From the NCBI GenBank assembly GCA_951406725.2, contig OX597824.1, positions 19,530,001 to 19,594,000 on the forward strand: 64,000 nucleotides of DNA. Reading direction: 5' to 3'. The DNA is from Octopus vulgaris. Its lineage: Eukaryota. Numbering within the stretch: position 1 is the first letter of the stretch; each line of letters opens with the position of its first letter. A model generated the notes under the pieces. It searched no databases. It was not told the DNA's origin and saw only the letters and a list, made by a program, of their open reading frames with translations. Below are positions 13,034 through 27,842 of this stretch, piece by piece. Position numbers and translations under genes: made by a program.

Positions 13034-13452
13034 GGCGGCGAGCTGGCAGAAACGTTAGCACGCCGGGTGAAATGCTAAGCGGTATTTCGTCGGCCGTTAC
13101 GTTGTGAGTTCAAATTTCGCTGAGGTCGACTTTGTCTTTCATCCTTTCGGGGTCGATAAATTAAGAACCAGTTACGCACTGGGGTCGATATAATCGACTT
13201 AATTCGTTTGTCTGTCCTTGTTTGTCACCTTTATGTTTAGCCCCTTGTGGGTAATAAAGAAATAGGTATTTCGTCTGCCGCTACGTTCTGAGTTCAAATT
13301 CCGCCGAGGTCGACTTTGTCTTTCATCCTTTCGAGGTCGATTAAATAAGTACCAGTCACGCACTGAGGTCGATGTAATCGACTTAATCCGCTTGTCTGTC
13401 CTCGTTTGTCCTCTCTGTGTTTTTAGCCCCTTGTGGGTGTAGTAAAGAAATA
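13034..13452 (+). mobile_element. SINE family A dimer with a 10-bp TSD
   Basis: ggttaattcg at 13025 and 13453; internal junction aaagaaata|ggtatttcgtct. Confidence 0.85.
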
Positions 13453-13717
13453 GGTTAATTCGACTAAAATCCTTCAAGACGGTGCAGTGCCGCAGGTTGA
13501 CCGTAGTCCAATGGTTGAAACAATTAAAAGAGAAAAAAACAAAACAGAAAAGATCAAAAGATCTTGGTTTGCGTTCGTTGAAAAAAATCCTCTAAAACTT
13601 TCCCCTCAATGTCATCGCCATGCAACTCGGTTTCAAATCAATATATTATGATTGAAGTAAAGAGTATTATGTAATAAGACACACGAAGGCCAAAGCCGGC
13701 TTTTATTATTATTATTA

Positions 13718-13774
<57 letters not shown>

Positions 13775-14038
13775 GTTGTTGTTGTTGTTGTTGTTGTTGT
13801 ATTTTTCGTGTATTTAGAAGAGGAACTTGACCTGTTGACTGAATACTGCAGCAGCATTAAAAACAGCCAGACTTTTATGATCTACGGTCAATCACAGCAA
13901 CGATTAGAGTAAGATTTGAGACCGTTAATCTGGCAAAAGATAAATACGGCTCACACCTGCAAAGCTTATTCTTAGCACATACATCTGTAAACATGTATAT
14001 GAAGGTGTACGGGCGTCTGTGTGTGCATACACACACAT

Positions 14039-14131
<93 letters not shown>

Positions 14132-14312
14132 CATACATGCAAATATATATATATATATATATAACACATATATATATACATGCATATATATATATATAGA
14201 TATATATGTATGCATGTATATATATATGTATATATATACACATACATACATATATATATAATATACATCTATATATATATATGATATATATATATATATG
14301 TATATATATATG

Positions 14313-14408
<96 letters not shown>

Positions 14409-14874
14409 ACATGTATATACAAGTGCACCTATATGTGCATTGTATGTGGGATGCATTTGTGGTTCGGCATATAGTTGTATTACGTTATTAAATGCACACA
14501 CACACACACACACACACGCACACACACACACACACATATATATATAAGTATATGCATACAGCTCTCCCTTTCTCTCTCTCTCTCCCTTTCTCTCTCTTTC
14601 TCTCTCTCTCCCTTTCTCTCTCTTTCTCACTCTCTCTCTCCTTCTCTCTGCTTTTACATGCATATGCACTTACATATACTCGCTCACAGAAGATATACGT
14701 ATATATAAATAGATGTATATATGTGTGTGTATGTGTGTGTGTATGTGTGTGTGTATGTGTGTGTGTGTGTGTGTGTGTGTAAAATGCACATACACCATGC
14801 AAAGCGTTATGCATCTGTGTGTGAGCATCTGTAGGTATATATGTATATATATATGTGGATATGCATGCGTGTAT

Positions 14875-14932
<58 letters not shown>

Positions 14933-14943
14933 GTATATATGTA

Positions 14944-15036
<93 letters not shown>

Positions 15037-16276
15037 GTACATACACGTAAGATTACATCTTAATAGATAATCCACTTTGATCTGTCTGTCTGTCTGCCAT
15101 ATAAACGCCATAATCTCCCCCCACCCACACTCCCCGCCGGCCCCCCCGCCCCAACTGAAGAACAAAGACCAAAAAAAAAAAATTACAAAATTATAAACAA
15201 AAACAAAAGCAACTTCTCTAATCGGAGTTTAGCGGTTGTTTTGTTGTTTTTATGTTTGTGGGTTTTTTCTTTGTTTTTCTTTTTGTTTTCTCTCTCTCTC
15301 TCTCTCTCTTTGTTAATTAAGGTTTGTTTGTTGTTGTTTTTGGATGAGGCTTTACCAGCTTTTATTTTGCATTGTGGCGTGGTGTGACCACTGCGGTGTT
15401 GTTGTATTGTGACCGCTCTCTGGTGGTGGTGGTGGTATGGCTGGTGGTAGTGGTGGTGGTGTTAAGTGATGGTACTCTTACTATTGATGATGATGATGAT
15501 GATGGTAGTGGTGGTAGTGGTAGTGATAGTACTGTTGCTACTGATGATGATGATGGTGGTGGTGGCGGTGGCGGTGGTGGTGGTGGTGTTCGTTCGCTTC
15601 AGTGGTAGTGTTGTTGATAATGGGTGCCGATAACGGTGGCAATGAGGATGTTGATGAGGAGGCTGAGGAGGAGGCTGAGGAGGAGGAGAGGATGAAGAAG
15701 GGGAAGAAGAAGAAGAAGATCGTGAGGATCGTAGTGATGTTGACTGCGATGCGATCGCTATTATAATGAGGACAGCGATTACCACGAGGATGACGATGAC
15801 ATTTGACCTCGACAGTGAGTCAGCCATATTGAATGTGTGTAGGATACACACACACAAACACACATATGAAGAGAGAGTTGACAATGGAGAGAAACGAAAG
15901 GTTACGTAATGCATTTCATAAGCTTACGGCTGTTTCTGCTATTAGAAGCAATGGATCCTTATTTTGAGTACCCGGATATCATCCTGTATCTTCACTGGAT
16001 CCTTGAACATGACGTGCCCTTTATTTGGGAAAATAACATTTTCGGAACATACAGGTGTTACGAGTGAGGAATTCTATTGAGACCTATGGTCATATATAAG
16101 GTTATATGTATATAACTTTACATATGTAAGGTTATATATATATAATTCCGCCGAGGTCGACTATACCTTTCATTCTTTCGGGATCAATAAATTAAGTACG
16201 CATTGCTTACTGGGGTCGATCTAATCGACTGGCTTCCTCCCCCAAAATTTCAGGCCTTGTGCCTAGAGTAGAAAAG

Positions 16277-16334
<58 letters not shown>

Positions 16335-16570
16335 CCTTATTCTGTCGTCATTTATCGCTTCGTTATATTTTCGTCACCATCCTTTACATTGCTCACTTAT
16401 TCCAGCAGTGGTTTGCTGTTGGCCCCACCAAAATGAACAATCATATCGATAATGGCGCGAAATTGTGATGATGTTTCACTGATAACTGATGAGAGAAAAG
16501 CACGTCAACTTTTTGTACGTGATTCTTTTTCATGTGTTTCTATGTCGTCCTTCTGTCCCTTTTTTTTACC

Positions 16571-16644
<74 letters not shown>

Positions 16645-16978
16645 TGGGCTCTAATACTTCACTCAAATGCTGTTTCCCTGCTTAAAAACCCACCACCACC
16701 GCCATCGTATGAGTATAACCGACAAATCTGACCAGAGTGGATCTTGAACTCGCAACGTAAGGAACTCAGAACGTAACCATTATATTTACTGGTGTAAATG
16801 CAGTAGAGTCTCGCACCAAATTTATTTTTAAATCTTGGTACGTAATTGTCCCCTTTCATATTTTCAGCTTTGCTCCACATATATGTCACACCCCAGCTTT
16901 TTTTTCTTTTTTTTTTTTTTTACAATCACAATCAAATATTTGATCGATCGACGTATACACAGTATATGCTACAGATGT

Positions 16979-17413
16979 GGAGGCGCAATGGCCCAGTGGT
17001 TAGGGCAGCGCACTCGCGGTCGGAGGATCGCGGTTTCGATTTCCAGACCGGGCGTTGTGTGTGTTTATTAAGCGAAAACACCTAAACCTCCACGTGGCTC
17101 CGGCAGGGGGGGGGGTGGCGACCCCTGTTTTACTCTTTCGCTCCAACTTACTTTCTCTCACTCTTTCTTCCTGTTTCTTGTCCTCCCCGACTTCCTACGC
17201 AACCGCTGAGCCTGGATGCGCATTCATTCATCCATCCGTCGATGCTCTCGGTGTCGGCGGTTGACCTGCTTTCTCTCTTCTGCGGGCCGCCTTACGAATA
17301 GCAAAAGGAGCACGTTTCGGACTTACAGACCACTACAGACAATCCTGAGGCGCGAACTTACGAGCTCTGGGACGAAGACCGCTTCGCTCATCAAACAAAC
17401 AAACAAACAAACA
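16979..17413 (+). mobile_element. SINE family C with a distinct 3' tail ending in (AAAC)n
   Basis: tRNA head ggcccagtggttaggg..ggtttcgatt; tail differs from the copies at 27359 and 59096. Confidence 0.75.
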
Positions 17414-17424
17414 AGCAGCTGTAG

Positions 17425-17467
<43 letters not shown>

Positions 17468-17471
17468 CAGC

Positions 17472-17509
<38 letters not shown>

Positions 17510-17510
17510 C

Positions 17511-17592
<82 letters not shown>

Positions 17593-18145
17593 TGAATAAC
17601 AAACCAAATAATTTAGACACAAAAATAAACGGCTTGTGGCGGATTGAGACGTGAGAGTAAAAAAAAAAAATAAAAATAAACACAGAAAAATAAAACAACA
17701 TTGCAGAAAAAGGTTGAGCTGACCTGATCACGGATTAACGATGGGATTATCTAACAATTATAACAGATTATGTTGTCTAAGATGTGTAGATGATCATGGC
17801 GGCGGCAGCGGCGGCGGTGATTGTAGTTGTAGTAATAGACTATACATAGGTGTATGCATATATTATGCATATATTATGCACGCGAGCGCGCGCACATGTA
17901 TACATACATGCATATATATATATATATATATGTCTGTGTGTGTGTGTGTCTATGTCTGTGTGTGTCTGTGTGTGTAGCTATGTGTGTGTGTGTATGAACG
18001 CATTATGCATCTATGTATCTACGTATATATATATATATATATATATTTACATATAAATATTTATATATATATGTACATATATATACATACATATATGTAT
18101 ATATGTATACATACATATCTATAAATATATCTATAAATGTATATA

Positions 18146-18205
<60 letters not shown>

Positions 18206-18317
18206 TATGTATATATAGTTAATCCAAACAACAAAACACAAAAAAAAACACAACAACGCGAGGACGTGGAACAAATATAGTATTATTGGACGCTCAGGAA
18301 AGAAGGGAAGAAGGAGG

Positions 18318-18352
18318 GTTTAACGTTTCGAGCGGAGCTTTTCGTCGGAAAC
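18318..18352 (-). ncRNA. Minimal HHR-like motif, family P1 (CCGACGA)
   Basis: Minus strand reads gttt-CCGACGA-aaagc tcc gctc-GAAA-cgTT-aaac, in an element at about 18218-18430 inserted in (TA)n. Confidence 0.55.
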
Positions 18353-18434
18353 ATAGGAGAAGGAAAGATCCAGAGAAGGGAAGACAGAGGAAAAAAAATC
18401 GCCAACGGTACACACGAGGTCACATTTTGAAATG

Positions 18435-18467
<33 letters not shown>

Positions 18468-18496
18468 GTATATATATTTGTATCTATCTATCTATC

Positions 18497-18586
<90 letters not shown>

Positions 18587-18917
18587 ATGTATATATATAT
18601 ATATCTGTGTGTGTATATACATGCGTATATAATACTTGTGTGTATATAAATACAAGCGGGATCACGTACCTGTAAGAGAATATAAAAAGCAAGAGACACG
18701 GATGTAGTTGCCTATCTAAGTAGATAGACAGACATATGGACGGAAACACACACACACACACACAAACACACATACACACACAAACACACACACACACACA
18801 CAAACACACGCATGACATTAGATAAATGTCAAAGGGCCTGGAAATCATGCAATGAACCTCATTAGCTTAGAGCTGTTTCTACCATAAGACGCACATGCAT
18901 TCAGAGTAGAGGCCATG

Positions 18918-19008
18918 TTCATCACCTGAGGAAGCTATAAGGCGATGCTGAAGCACTGAGCTCTGCACGCATTGTTTCTTGTAGCAGAAACAGCTGTAAG
19001 CGAATGAA
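18918..19008 (+). ncRNA. Hammerhead ribozyme motif with long stem II
   Basis: CTGAGGA-a-gctataag...cttgtagc-a-GAAA-cagctg-TA; distal stem I ttcat/atgaa; inverted partial copy at about 18858-18890. Confidence 0.6.
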
Positions 19009-19145
19009 GTTATATCATTTCCTGTTCCCTTCTCATTTATTTCATATTTCGCCCTGTGCTCGACAAACGTTTCATTCTAAAACATATATATACTGAGTCA
19101 CAAAAGCAGGTAGTTATTACCGCTATATATATACATATATATATA

Positions 19146-20327
19146 CGAGGGGCGTTCAATAAGTAATGCCTCTGACCCACTTGCCGTTGTTTGATCTAGC
19201 TGAAATTTTGCATGTGCAATTATTTATATTTCTATAAATTACGTGGCAAATTACAGCTCCAAACTAATTGTGGTTTATGATTTACAGGTGTTTGAATTGA
19301 GTCAAGTGGGAAATGGAGCCTGTTGAGTGTCGAGCAGTGATCCGGTTTTTGTGTTTGAAATGACGCACACCACAGGAGACTTTTGATGAAATGAAAGTAA
19401 CTTATAGTGATGATGCCCCATCATATGACCTTGTAAAACGCTGGCATCGTGAATTCAAACATGGTCGGAACTCTGTGGAAACAGCTCCCAGATCTGGTCG
19501 CACCCCTTCTGCCATTGATGAGGCATCTGTCCGTCAAGTTGAGGCTGCCATTTTGAAAGATCGACTCATAACTATTCGCCAAATAGCCCATGAGGTCAAG
19601 ATTAGTACTGGGTCTGTGGAAACTATCATTCATGACCATTTGCATATGCAAAAGGTGTCTGCCAGATGGATTCCCAAGTTGCTCACACTTTTCCAGAAGC
19701 AAGAACGCGTCGAGTGCTCGAGGATGAATTTAGGGATGAGTCAAAATTTTTAAAAGTCTGATTACACAGGATGAGACCTGGGTCCATCACTATGATCCAG
19801 AGACCAAAGCCCAGTCAATGCAGTGGAAGCACCATGACTCACCTCCTCCAAAGAAGGCAAGGGTGCAGCCCTCCGCTGGCAAAGTCATGCTCACAGTCTT
19901 CTGGGACCAGGACGGAGTAGTGATGACAGATTTCCTGGCAAAGGGTACCACAATTACAGGAGCCTATCATGCTTCAGTTTTGAGGAAATTAAGAGAAGCT
20001 ATCAAAACCAAGAGGCGGGGCAAGATCAGCAAAGGCATCCTCCTCTTGCAGGACAACGCTCCGGTCCACAACTCGCATGTCGCCAGATCAGAAGCACAGG
20101 CGTGCGGCTATGAACTCTTCGCCCATCCCCCTACTCTCCTGACCTTGCACCCTCTGATTTTCACCTCTTCCCAGCCATGAAGTTGTTTTTGAAAGGAAAG
20201 CGTTTCCCAGATGATGCAGCCTTGATTTCTGAAGTCACGTCGTGGTTGGAGGACCAAGCTGGGGTCTTCTACGAAAACGGTCTCCAGAGCTGCATCAAAC
20301 GATGGGAGAAATGCGTAACTCTGGGTT
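19146..20327 (+). pseudogene. Mariner (DD34D) transposon with inactivated transposase
   Basis: TA+CGAGGG 5' TIR; ATG at 19313; motifs SGR, WIPKLL, DETWVHHYDPETK, LQDNAP, YSPDLAPSDF, RWEKCV; stop at 19361 and two frameshifts; 3' end replaced by (GATA)n. Confidence 0.93.
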
Positions 20328-20341
20328 AGATAGATAGATAT

Positions 20342-20430
<89 letters not shown>

Positions 20431-20514
20431 CAGATATAGAGAGATAGACGAACGGACGGACAGATAGACAGACAGACGGACGGATGGATGGATGGATGGA
20501 TGGATGGATGGATG

Positions 20515-20545
<31 letters not shown>

Positions 20546-20546
<1 letters not shown>

Positions 20547-20860
20547 TGTTTCTTTATTAGCCTCATAGGGCTGCACACAGACGGGACAAATTACAAGGCA
20601 GGGCTTTTCTTTTGGGGATAAAAAAAGAGGGCTGGTTTTCGATCAAAAGGGATCGTAAAAGGAAAGAAAGAGGAAAGCAAAAACAAAAAGGAGTGGGGTA
20701 GAAATAAAAGGAAAAAGAAAAAAATCGATCAATAGGGATCGTTATCACAGAAATGTCAATATAAAGTGTAAAGGGGAAGACAGGTGAGGTTTACCCGTGG
20801 AAAGAAAAGCCTACGGAAAAGACCACGGTAACCTCGGTCAATGATGTCACATGCTACATT
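20546..20860 (-). mobile_element. LINE-like 3' UTR fragment inserted in (GATA)n; other copies at 30060-30270 (+) and 31358-31515 (-)
   Basis: Shared 3' end ttgtcccRtctgtgtgcagccct.tg.ggYYaataaagaaac abutting (TATC)n; 5' ends variably truncated. Confidence 0.6.
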
Positions 20861-21020
20861 TTTTATTTTTACAAATAAGTAACTGAGCGAGAGAGATAGG
20901 GAGAGATAGATAGACAGACAGACAGACAGAAAAAACGGACGGGCGGACGGAACGACAGACAGACAGATAGACAGACAGGCAGATAGATAGATAAATAGAC
21001 AGACAGACAGACAGATAGAG

Positions 21021-21066
<46 letters not shown>

Positions 21067-21086
21067 GAAGAAACAGACATAAAGGT

Positions 21087-21120
<34 letters not shown>

Positions 21121-21480
21121 CAAGATGGCAGACTTTCTTACTAAGTCCATCCACCTACCCAAACAAGCTATATTGCCGGCAGGAGGCGTTGTAAAACTTT
21201 CCGTGTGACAGCAGTGTCAGAACAGTCACCAACCGATCTTACCAACCACCCTAACAAACCAGCCAAACATACTAATTTCACACAGGTAACCTTTTCTTTT
21301 GACACTCCTATGTAGGCCATCGATTTCATAGAAAATAAATGTTTTGCTTCTTTTTTTTTTTTCTCGTCCTTCATTTTTTTTTTTGTCCATTTGCCGCTCT
21401 ATTTCTTTTCTATTCCAGCTGTTACTCCTTCCCCTGTTCCACTATAAAGACGAGCCTTTAGGACACATTCACACATATAC

Positions 21481-21545
<65 letters not shown>

Positions 21546-21564
21546 TATGTAGATGCATGCATGC

Positions 21565-21648
<84 letters not shown>

Positions 21649-21649
21649 C

Positions 21650-21687
<38 letters not shown>

Positions 21688-21703
21688 AATAATAATAATA
21701 ATA

Positions 21704-22248
21704 ACGTACCAGGCAGTGGCTCTCATGGCTTCTGATCTTAACTGATTGGAAGTGTTATCATGTACATTGTTTTGTCTTGGTATAAAAGATGGGCTACAGC
21801 AAATATTCTGCTCAATACCACAGATTTGCTTGTCAGTTGTTTGACCTTAACCAGTTGAGCATGTCCCTTAGTGGCTGACGATATGTGCATCTCTGATCAC
21901 GAGCAGAAGTAGTGGGGGAGCATCATAGCCATGTGTTGAGAGGGATTCTTTGGGGTTTGAATAATTCACCTCTGGGAACATGGGTGTTTCGTTCAACATC
22001 CTTAAACAACCCTTATTCAGGGACCTTTTGAGCGGGATGGGCTACTCAACCTGAAGAAAATTCTAACTGGGCCCCACCTGTAAGGTCATGTGCTGTTTAT
22101 CTTGATATGAGATCACCATGTCGCGCACATATGGTTGTGATGCATGTGCCTGGTGTACCCTTATCAGACGGGTAGTCATGATGGGTATATTGGGCTTCGT
22201 ATATTTTACCCCAGTGTCACTTTGATGGCATGAACTGCTCTCTCACTC

Positions 22249-22302
<54 letters not shown>

Positions 22303-22337
22303 TATAATAATAATAGTAATGATAACAATAATAAAAC

Positions 22338-22418
<81 letters not shown>

Positions 22419-22986
22419 AATAAGAAGAAGAAAAAGAAGAAGTAGTGGGGGAGCATCATAGCCATGTGTTGAGAGGGATTCTCTGGGGTTTTAATAATTC
22501 ACATTGTTTTGTCTTGGTATAACAGTTGGGCTACAGCAAATATTCTGCTCAATACCACAGATTTGCTTGTCAGTTGTTTCACCTTATCCAGTTGAGCATG
22601 TCCCTTAGTGGCTGACGATATGTGCATCTCTGATCACGAGCAGAAGTAGTGGGGGAGCATCATAGCCATGTGTTGAGAGGGATTCTTTGGAGTTTGAATA
22701 GTTCACCTCTGGAAACATGGGTGGTTCTTTCAACATCCTTAAACAACCCTTATTCAGGGACCTTTTGAGCGGGATGGGCTACTCAACCTGAAGAAAATTC
22801 TAACTGGGTCTCCACCTACAAGGTCATGCGCCGTTTATCTTGATATGAGATCACCATGTCGCGCACATATGGTTGTGATGCATGTGCCTGGTGTACCCTT
22901 ATCAGACAGGTAGTCATGATGGGTATATTGGGCTTCGTATATTTTACCTCAGTGTCACTTTGATGGCATGAACTGCTCTCTCACTC

Positions 22987-22987
<1 letters not shown>
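21704..22987 (+). mobile_element. Two tandem copies of a ~540-bp (TAA)n-embedded retroelement 3' region
   Basis: Copies 21704-22248 and about 22440-22986 share the 3' end ctgctctctcactc followed by (AAT)n. Confidence 0.7.
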
Positions 22988-23610
<623 letters not shown>

Positions 23611-24352
23611 ATACATACATACATACATGTATGTACGTACGTACGGACCTATAGACAAGACAGACGGACAGACACATATTTGTGATGGTACGTTTGGGAT
23701 CGGTTGAATTTACTGCTGACGTAGAGAGGGAGAGGGAACGGGAGAGAGGAGGAGGAGAGAAGAGAGAGAGAGACAAATCACAGATGGGTAAAGCAAGAAA
23801 GAAAACTGCCTGAAGAAGAAGAAGAAGAAGAAGAAGAAGAAGAAGAAGAAGAAGAAGAAGAAGAAGAAGAAGAAGAAGAAGAAGAAGAAGAAGAAGAAGA
23901 AGAACCATATCAACAACAACAAGAGGAAGATGAAGAACAAGAACAAGAAGAAGAACTATTGCTCTGAGTAAGAATACTTACTTTATTTACCAAACACTGG
24001 AAAGCATAATGAAAAACTAAGCCGGCTAGAGCAAAGAAGTCCCGTGGTCGATTTGCTCGACTAAAGGCGGTGCTCCAGCATGGCCGCAGTCAAATGACTG
24101 AAACAAGTAAAAGAGCAAAAGAGTAATCCCAGCCACATCTTATGCCACCTTGCCTTTACTCCCATGATATAAGACATTCTTTACTCACATGATATGAGAC
24201 ATTCTGGCACCGCTGCTTTGGCGCCGCCTATATGCAGTCGCTGATTCGGCGCTGTATTATTTGATATGAAACGTTTAAATGTTCCTTTCACTTCAATGTT
24301 TCCTTCCGTATTTGCCCTGTCTCCTCCTCTCTCACTTCACTCCCCACTCCCT

Positions 24353-24408
<56 letters not shown>

Positions 24409-24648
24409 CCTCTCTGTCCATCTCTCTCTCTGAGCAGATTTCTGTTTGCTTGTAAGTTGAAAATGAAAGTGTTTTTGTCAATCATGTTCAATTATTACTT
24501 TTTGTTTTTCTTTCCTGTTGGTTTTTTTTTCTCTTTTTGTCTTTTTGATTTGTAATTACGAATCACATTTTATTGACATATTTTTACAGGAAGAAAAGAA
24601 AGAAAACACACATTAAAAGCTTAAAAGATCGAACTCCCATAACTCCCA

Positions 24649-25209
24649 GGCGTAGGAGTGGCCGTGTGGTAAGTAGCTTGCTTACGAATCACATAGTTCC
24701 GGGTTCAGTATCACTACGTGGCACTTTGGTCAAGTGTCTTCAACTATAGCCTCGGGCCGACCAAAGCCTTGTGGGTGGATTTGGTAGACGGAAACTGAAA
24801 AGAAGCCCGTCGTATATATGCTATAGCCTCGGGCCGACCAAAGACTTGTGAGTGGGTTTGGTAGACGGAAACTGAAAAGAAGCCCGTCGTATATATGCTA
24901 TAGCATCGGGCCGACCAAAGCCTTGTGGGTGGATTTGGTAGACGGAAACTGAAAAGAAGCCCGTGGTATATATGCTATAGCCTCGGGCCGACCAAAGCCT
25001 TGTGAGTGGGTTTGGTAGACGGAAACTGAAAAGAAGCCCGTCGTATATATGCTATAGCCTCGGGCCGACCAAAGCCTTGTGAGTGGATTTGGTAGACGGA
25101 AACTGAAAAGAAGCCCGTCGTATATATGCTATAGCCTCGGGCCGACCAAAGCCTTGTGAGTGGATTTGGTAGACGGAAACTGAAAAGAAGCCCGTCGTAT
25201 ATATGTATA

Positions 25210-25304
<95 letters not shown>

Positions 25305-25555
25305 ATGTATGTATGTGTGTGTGTGTGTGTGTTTGTGTGTGTGTCTGCGTTTGTTCCCCAACATCACTTGACAGCTGATGCTGGTGTGTTTACGTCCCCG
25401 TAACTTAGCGGTTCGGCAAAAAGAACCCCCGATAGAATAAGTACTACACTTACAACGAATAAGTCCTGGGGTCGATTTGCTCGACAAAAAAGGCGGTGCT
25501 CCAGCATGGCCACAGTCAAATGACCGAAACAAGTAAAATAGAGTAAAAGAGTAAG
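24649..25555 (+). mobile_element. SINE family B containing a 6 x 77-bp internal tandem expansion (24744-25205)
   Basis: ctatagcMtcgggccgacc unit starts at 24744, 24821, 24898, 24975, 25052 and 25129. Confidence 0.9.
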
Positions 25556-25734
25556 TAACTCACCAAGTAAATTAAGAAACAGGATAAAAATAATAAAGGG
25601 AGGAGAGAGAATAAAGCAGCGGAGGATGGCAAGGATGGCGGGGTTTGCGGAGTAACAGGTTGTACACCCGAGAACAAATGACCAATTTCAGCCGCGCTTC
25701 GTGGACATGATTGCAAAAGCGGTGTCGTGGAGTT

Positions 25735-26005
25735 GGTCAACAGAACAGCTTGCTCGTGAAATTAACGTTCCGGTGGCTGAGTACTCCACAGACACGTGTA
25801 TCCTTAATGCAGTTCTCAGGGAGATTCAGCATGAGACAGTGTGTGACAAGGCTGGCCCTTTTGAAATACAGGTGCTACTCATTTTTGCCAACTGAGTGGA
25901 CTGGAGCAACGTGGAATAAAGTGTCTTGCTCAAGGACACAACGCATCGCCGGGAATTGAACTCACCACTAAGCCACGCCCTAACCACTAAGCCACGCGCC
26001 TTCAC
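25735..26005 (-). mobile_element. SINE family D (CORE-like)
   Basis: Reverse complement of 27843-28125. Confidence 0.8.
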
Positions 26006-26539
26006 TATACATTCACACTTATGTGTAAGTGGGTGTGTGTATGTGTGTGTGAATGCATCTGTGTGCTTGTATGTGTGTGTGTGTGTGTATGTGTGTGTAT
26101 GTGTGTGTGTGGGGGGGTTCATTTCTCAGCCGGGCCGTAGTTATCCCGATTTTGATTACAGTCTCTCTCTCTCTCTCTCTCTCTCTCCATCTCTCTCTTT
26201 CTCTCTACCTGCGAACACAATCGTTTCATTCCATACTTACACGCCTTTGCTTGTTTCTTTCCATATCCAAGGGCCGTACCTAACTAAATTCCTGTCCCAA
26301 TTTCAGTCCCTTCTTCGTCCACATCGTTTCCCTTAACTTCCCACACTGTAGTTCTTGCTTGTCTAACAACCTCTCCTTACCAAACGAGTCCCTCAGTTTC
26401 AGGAAGTCCTGTGGCTGTTCCCATTATTTCCTTTGTCCCAGACAAATGGTCATAGTAATGAAACAAGGTCTTTGAATGTCGATTTTCCTAACAACACTTT
26501 ATCGTTTACCTCCCTTTTAATTCTTTGATACCATATTTT

Positions 26540-26990
26540 CCGACCTCGGCGGAATTTGAACTCAGAACGTAACGGCAGACGAAATACCTATTTCTTTACT
26601 ACCCACAAGGGGCTAAACACAGAGAGGACAAACAAGCACAGACAAACGGATTAAGTCGATTATATCGACCCCAGTGCGTAACTGGTACTTATTTAATCGA
26701 CCCCGAAAGGATGAAAGGCAAAGTCGACCTCGGCGGAATTTGAAATCCGAACGTAACGGCAGACGAAATACCTATTTCTTTACCACCCACAAGGGGCTAA
26801 ACACAGAGAGGACAAACGGATTAAGTCGATTATATCGACTCCAGTGCGTAACTGGTACTTATTTAATCGACCCCGAAAGTATGAAAGCAAAGTCGACCTC
26901 GGCGGAATTTGAACTCAGAACGTAACGGCAGACGAAATACTGCTAAGCATTTCGCCCGGCGTGCTAACGATTCTGCCAGCTCGCCGCCTT
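26540..26990 (-). mobile_element. SINE family A concatemer (head plus ~2.3 units)
   Basis: Repeated gaaatacc|tatttcttt junctions at about 26588 and 26772. Confidence 0.85.
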
Positions 26991-27358
26991 TATATGCAGA
27001 TCTGGTAAAAACGGTTTTGAGTTTGCGACGTAAGGACGCTATTTTCGTCAATGCGACAGATAACAGATGGGTGTAAATTAGTGCCACCTAAAAGGGAGCG
27101 AGTATATACATTATATACACATACATACATACAATGATCCATAGAGATAGTAGGCTTAGTATTGTAGTCAGCTTCAATTGATCTACTCCAGCTCGTGTTA
27201 ATTTGCAGCTCCCCATAAATCGCTAAATAGATAAAGATCAACAAATACGTTTAATTAAAAGCTGTTGCTTTTTTTTTTTATACCACAAGGACAATCGCTC
27301 CACATCTGTTTGACTCAACTCCGTTTTAGTTTAATATATGACAACTACGTATTACTGC

Positions 27359-27672
27359 GTGGAGGCACATGGCCTAGCGGTCAGAGCAGTAAGCGGACTC
27401 GCGATCGAGGGATCGCGGGTTCGAATCTCAGACCGGGCGATTTGTGTGTGTTTATGAGCGAAACACCTCAACTCCACGCGACTCCGACAGAAGGTTAATG
27501 GCGAACTTCTGCTGATTCTTTCGCCACAACTTTCTCTCACTCTTTCCTCCTGCATCTTGCGACAGTTCACCTGCGACGGACCGGCGTCCCGTCCAGGTGG
27601 GGAACCTATACGCCAAGGAAACCGGGAAACCGGCCCTTATGAACCAGGCGTGGCTCGAGAAGGAACAAACAA
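27359..27672 (+). mobile_element. SINE family C; a near-identical minus-strand copy lies at 34290-34591
   Basis: tRNA head with B-box gggttcgaatctc; tail cctgcgacggaccggcgtcccgtccagg. Confidence 0.8.
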
Positions 27673-27735
27673 TATATTACTGCAAGTATTGATTAACGTG
27701 AAGGTGCGTGGCTTAGTGGTTAGGGGCAATGCATG

Positions 27736-27766
<31 letters not shown>

Positions 27767-27842
27767 ACACACACACATACAAGCACACAAAGGCATTCAC
27801 ACACACATACACACACGCACTTACACATAAGTGTGAATGTAT

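Noticed and set aside
17300-17395. Possible minus-strand hammerhead (tTGATGA...ccGAAAcgtg)
   Set aside because: C3 is missing, there is no stem II or stem I pairing, and no NUH
24744-25205. CRISPR-like regular array
   Set aside because: Units are contiguous with no unique spacers, derive from a SINE, and no cas genes are present in this eukaryotic context
26290-26540. Unique-looking sequence as a host exon (also 25600-25735 and 49680-50150)
   Set aside because: No sustained ORF, recognisable motif or convincing splice-site pair; small exons cannot be excluded without RNA-seq
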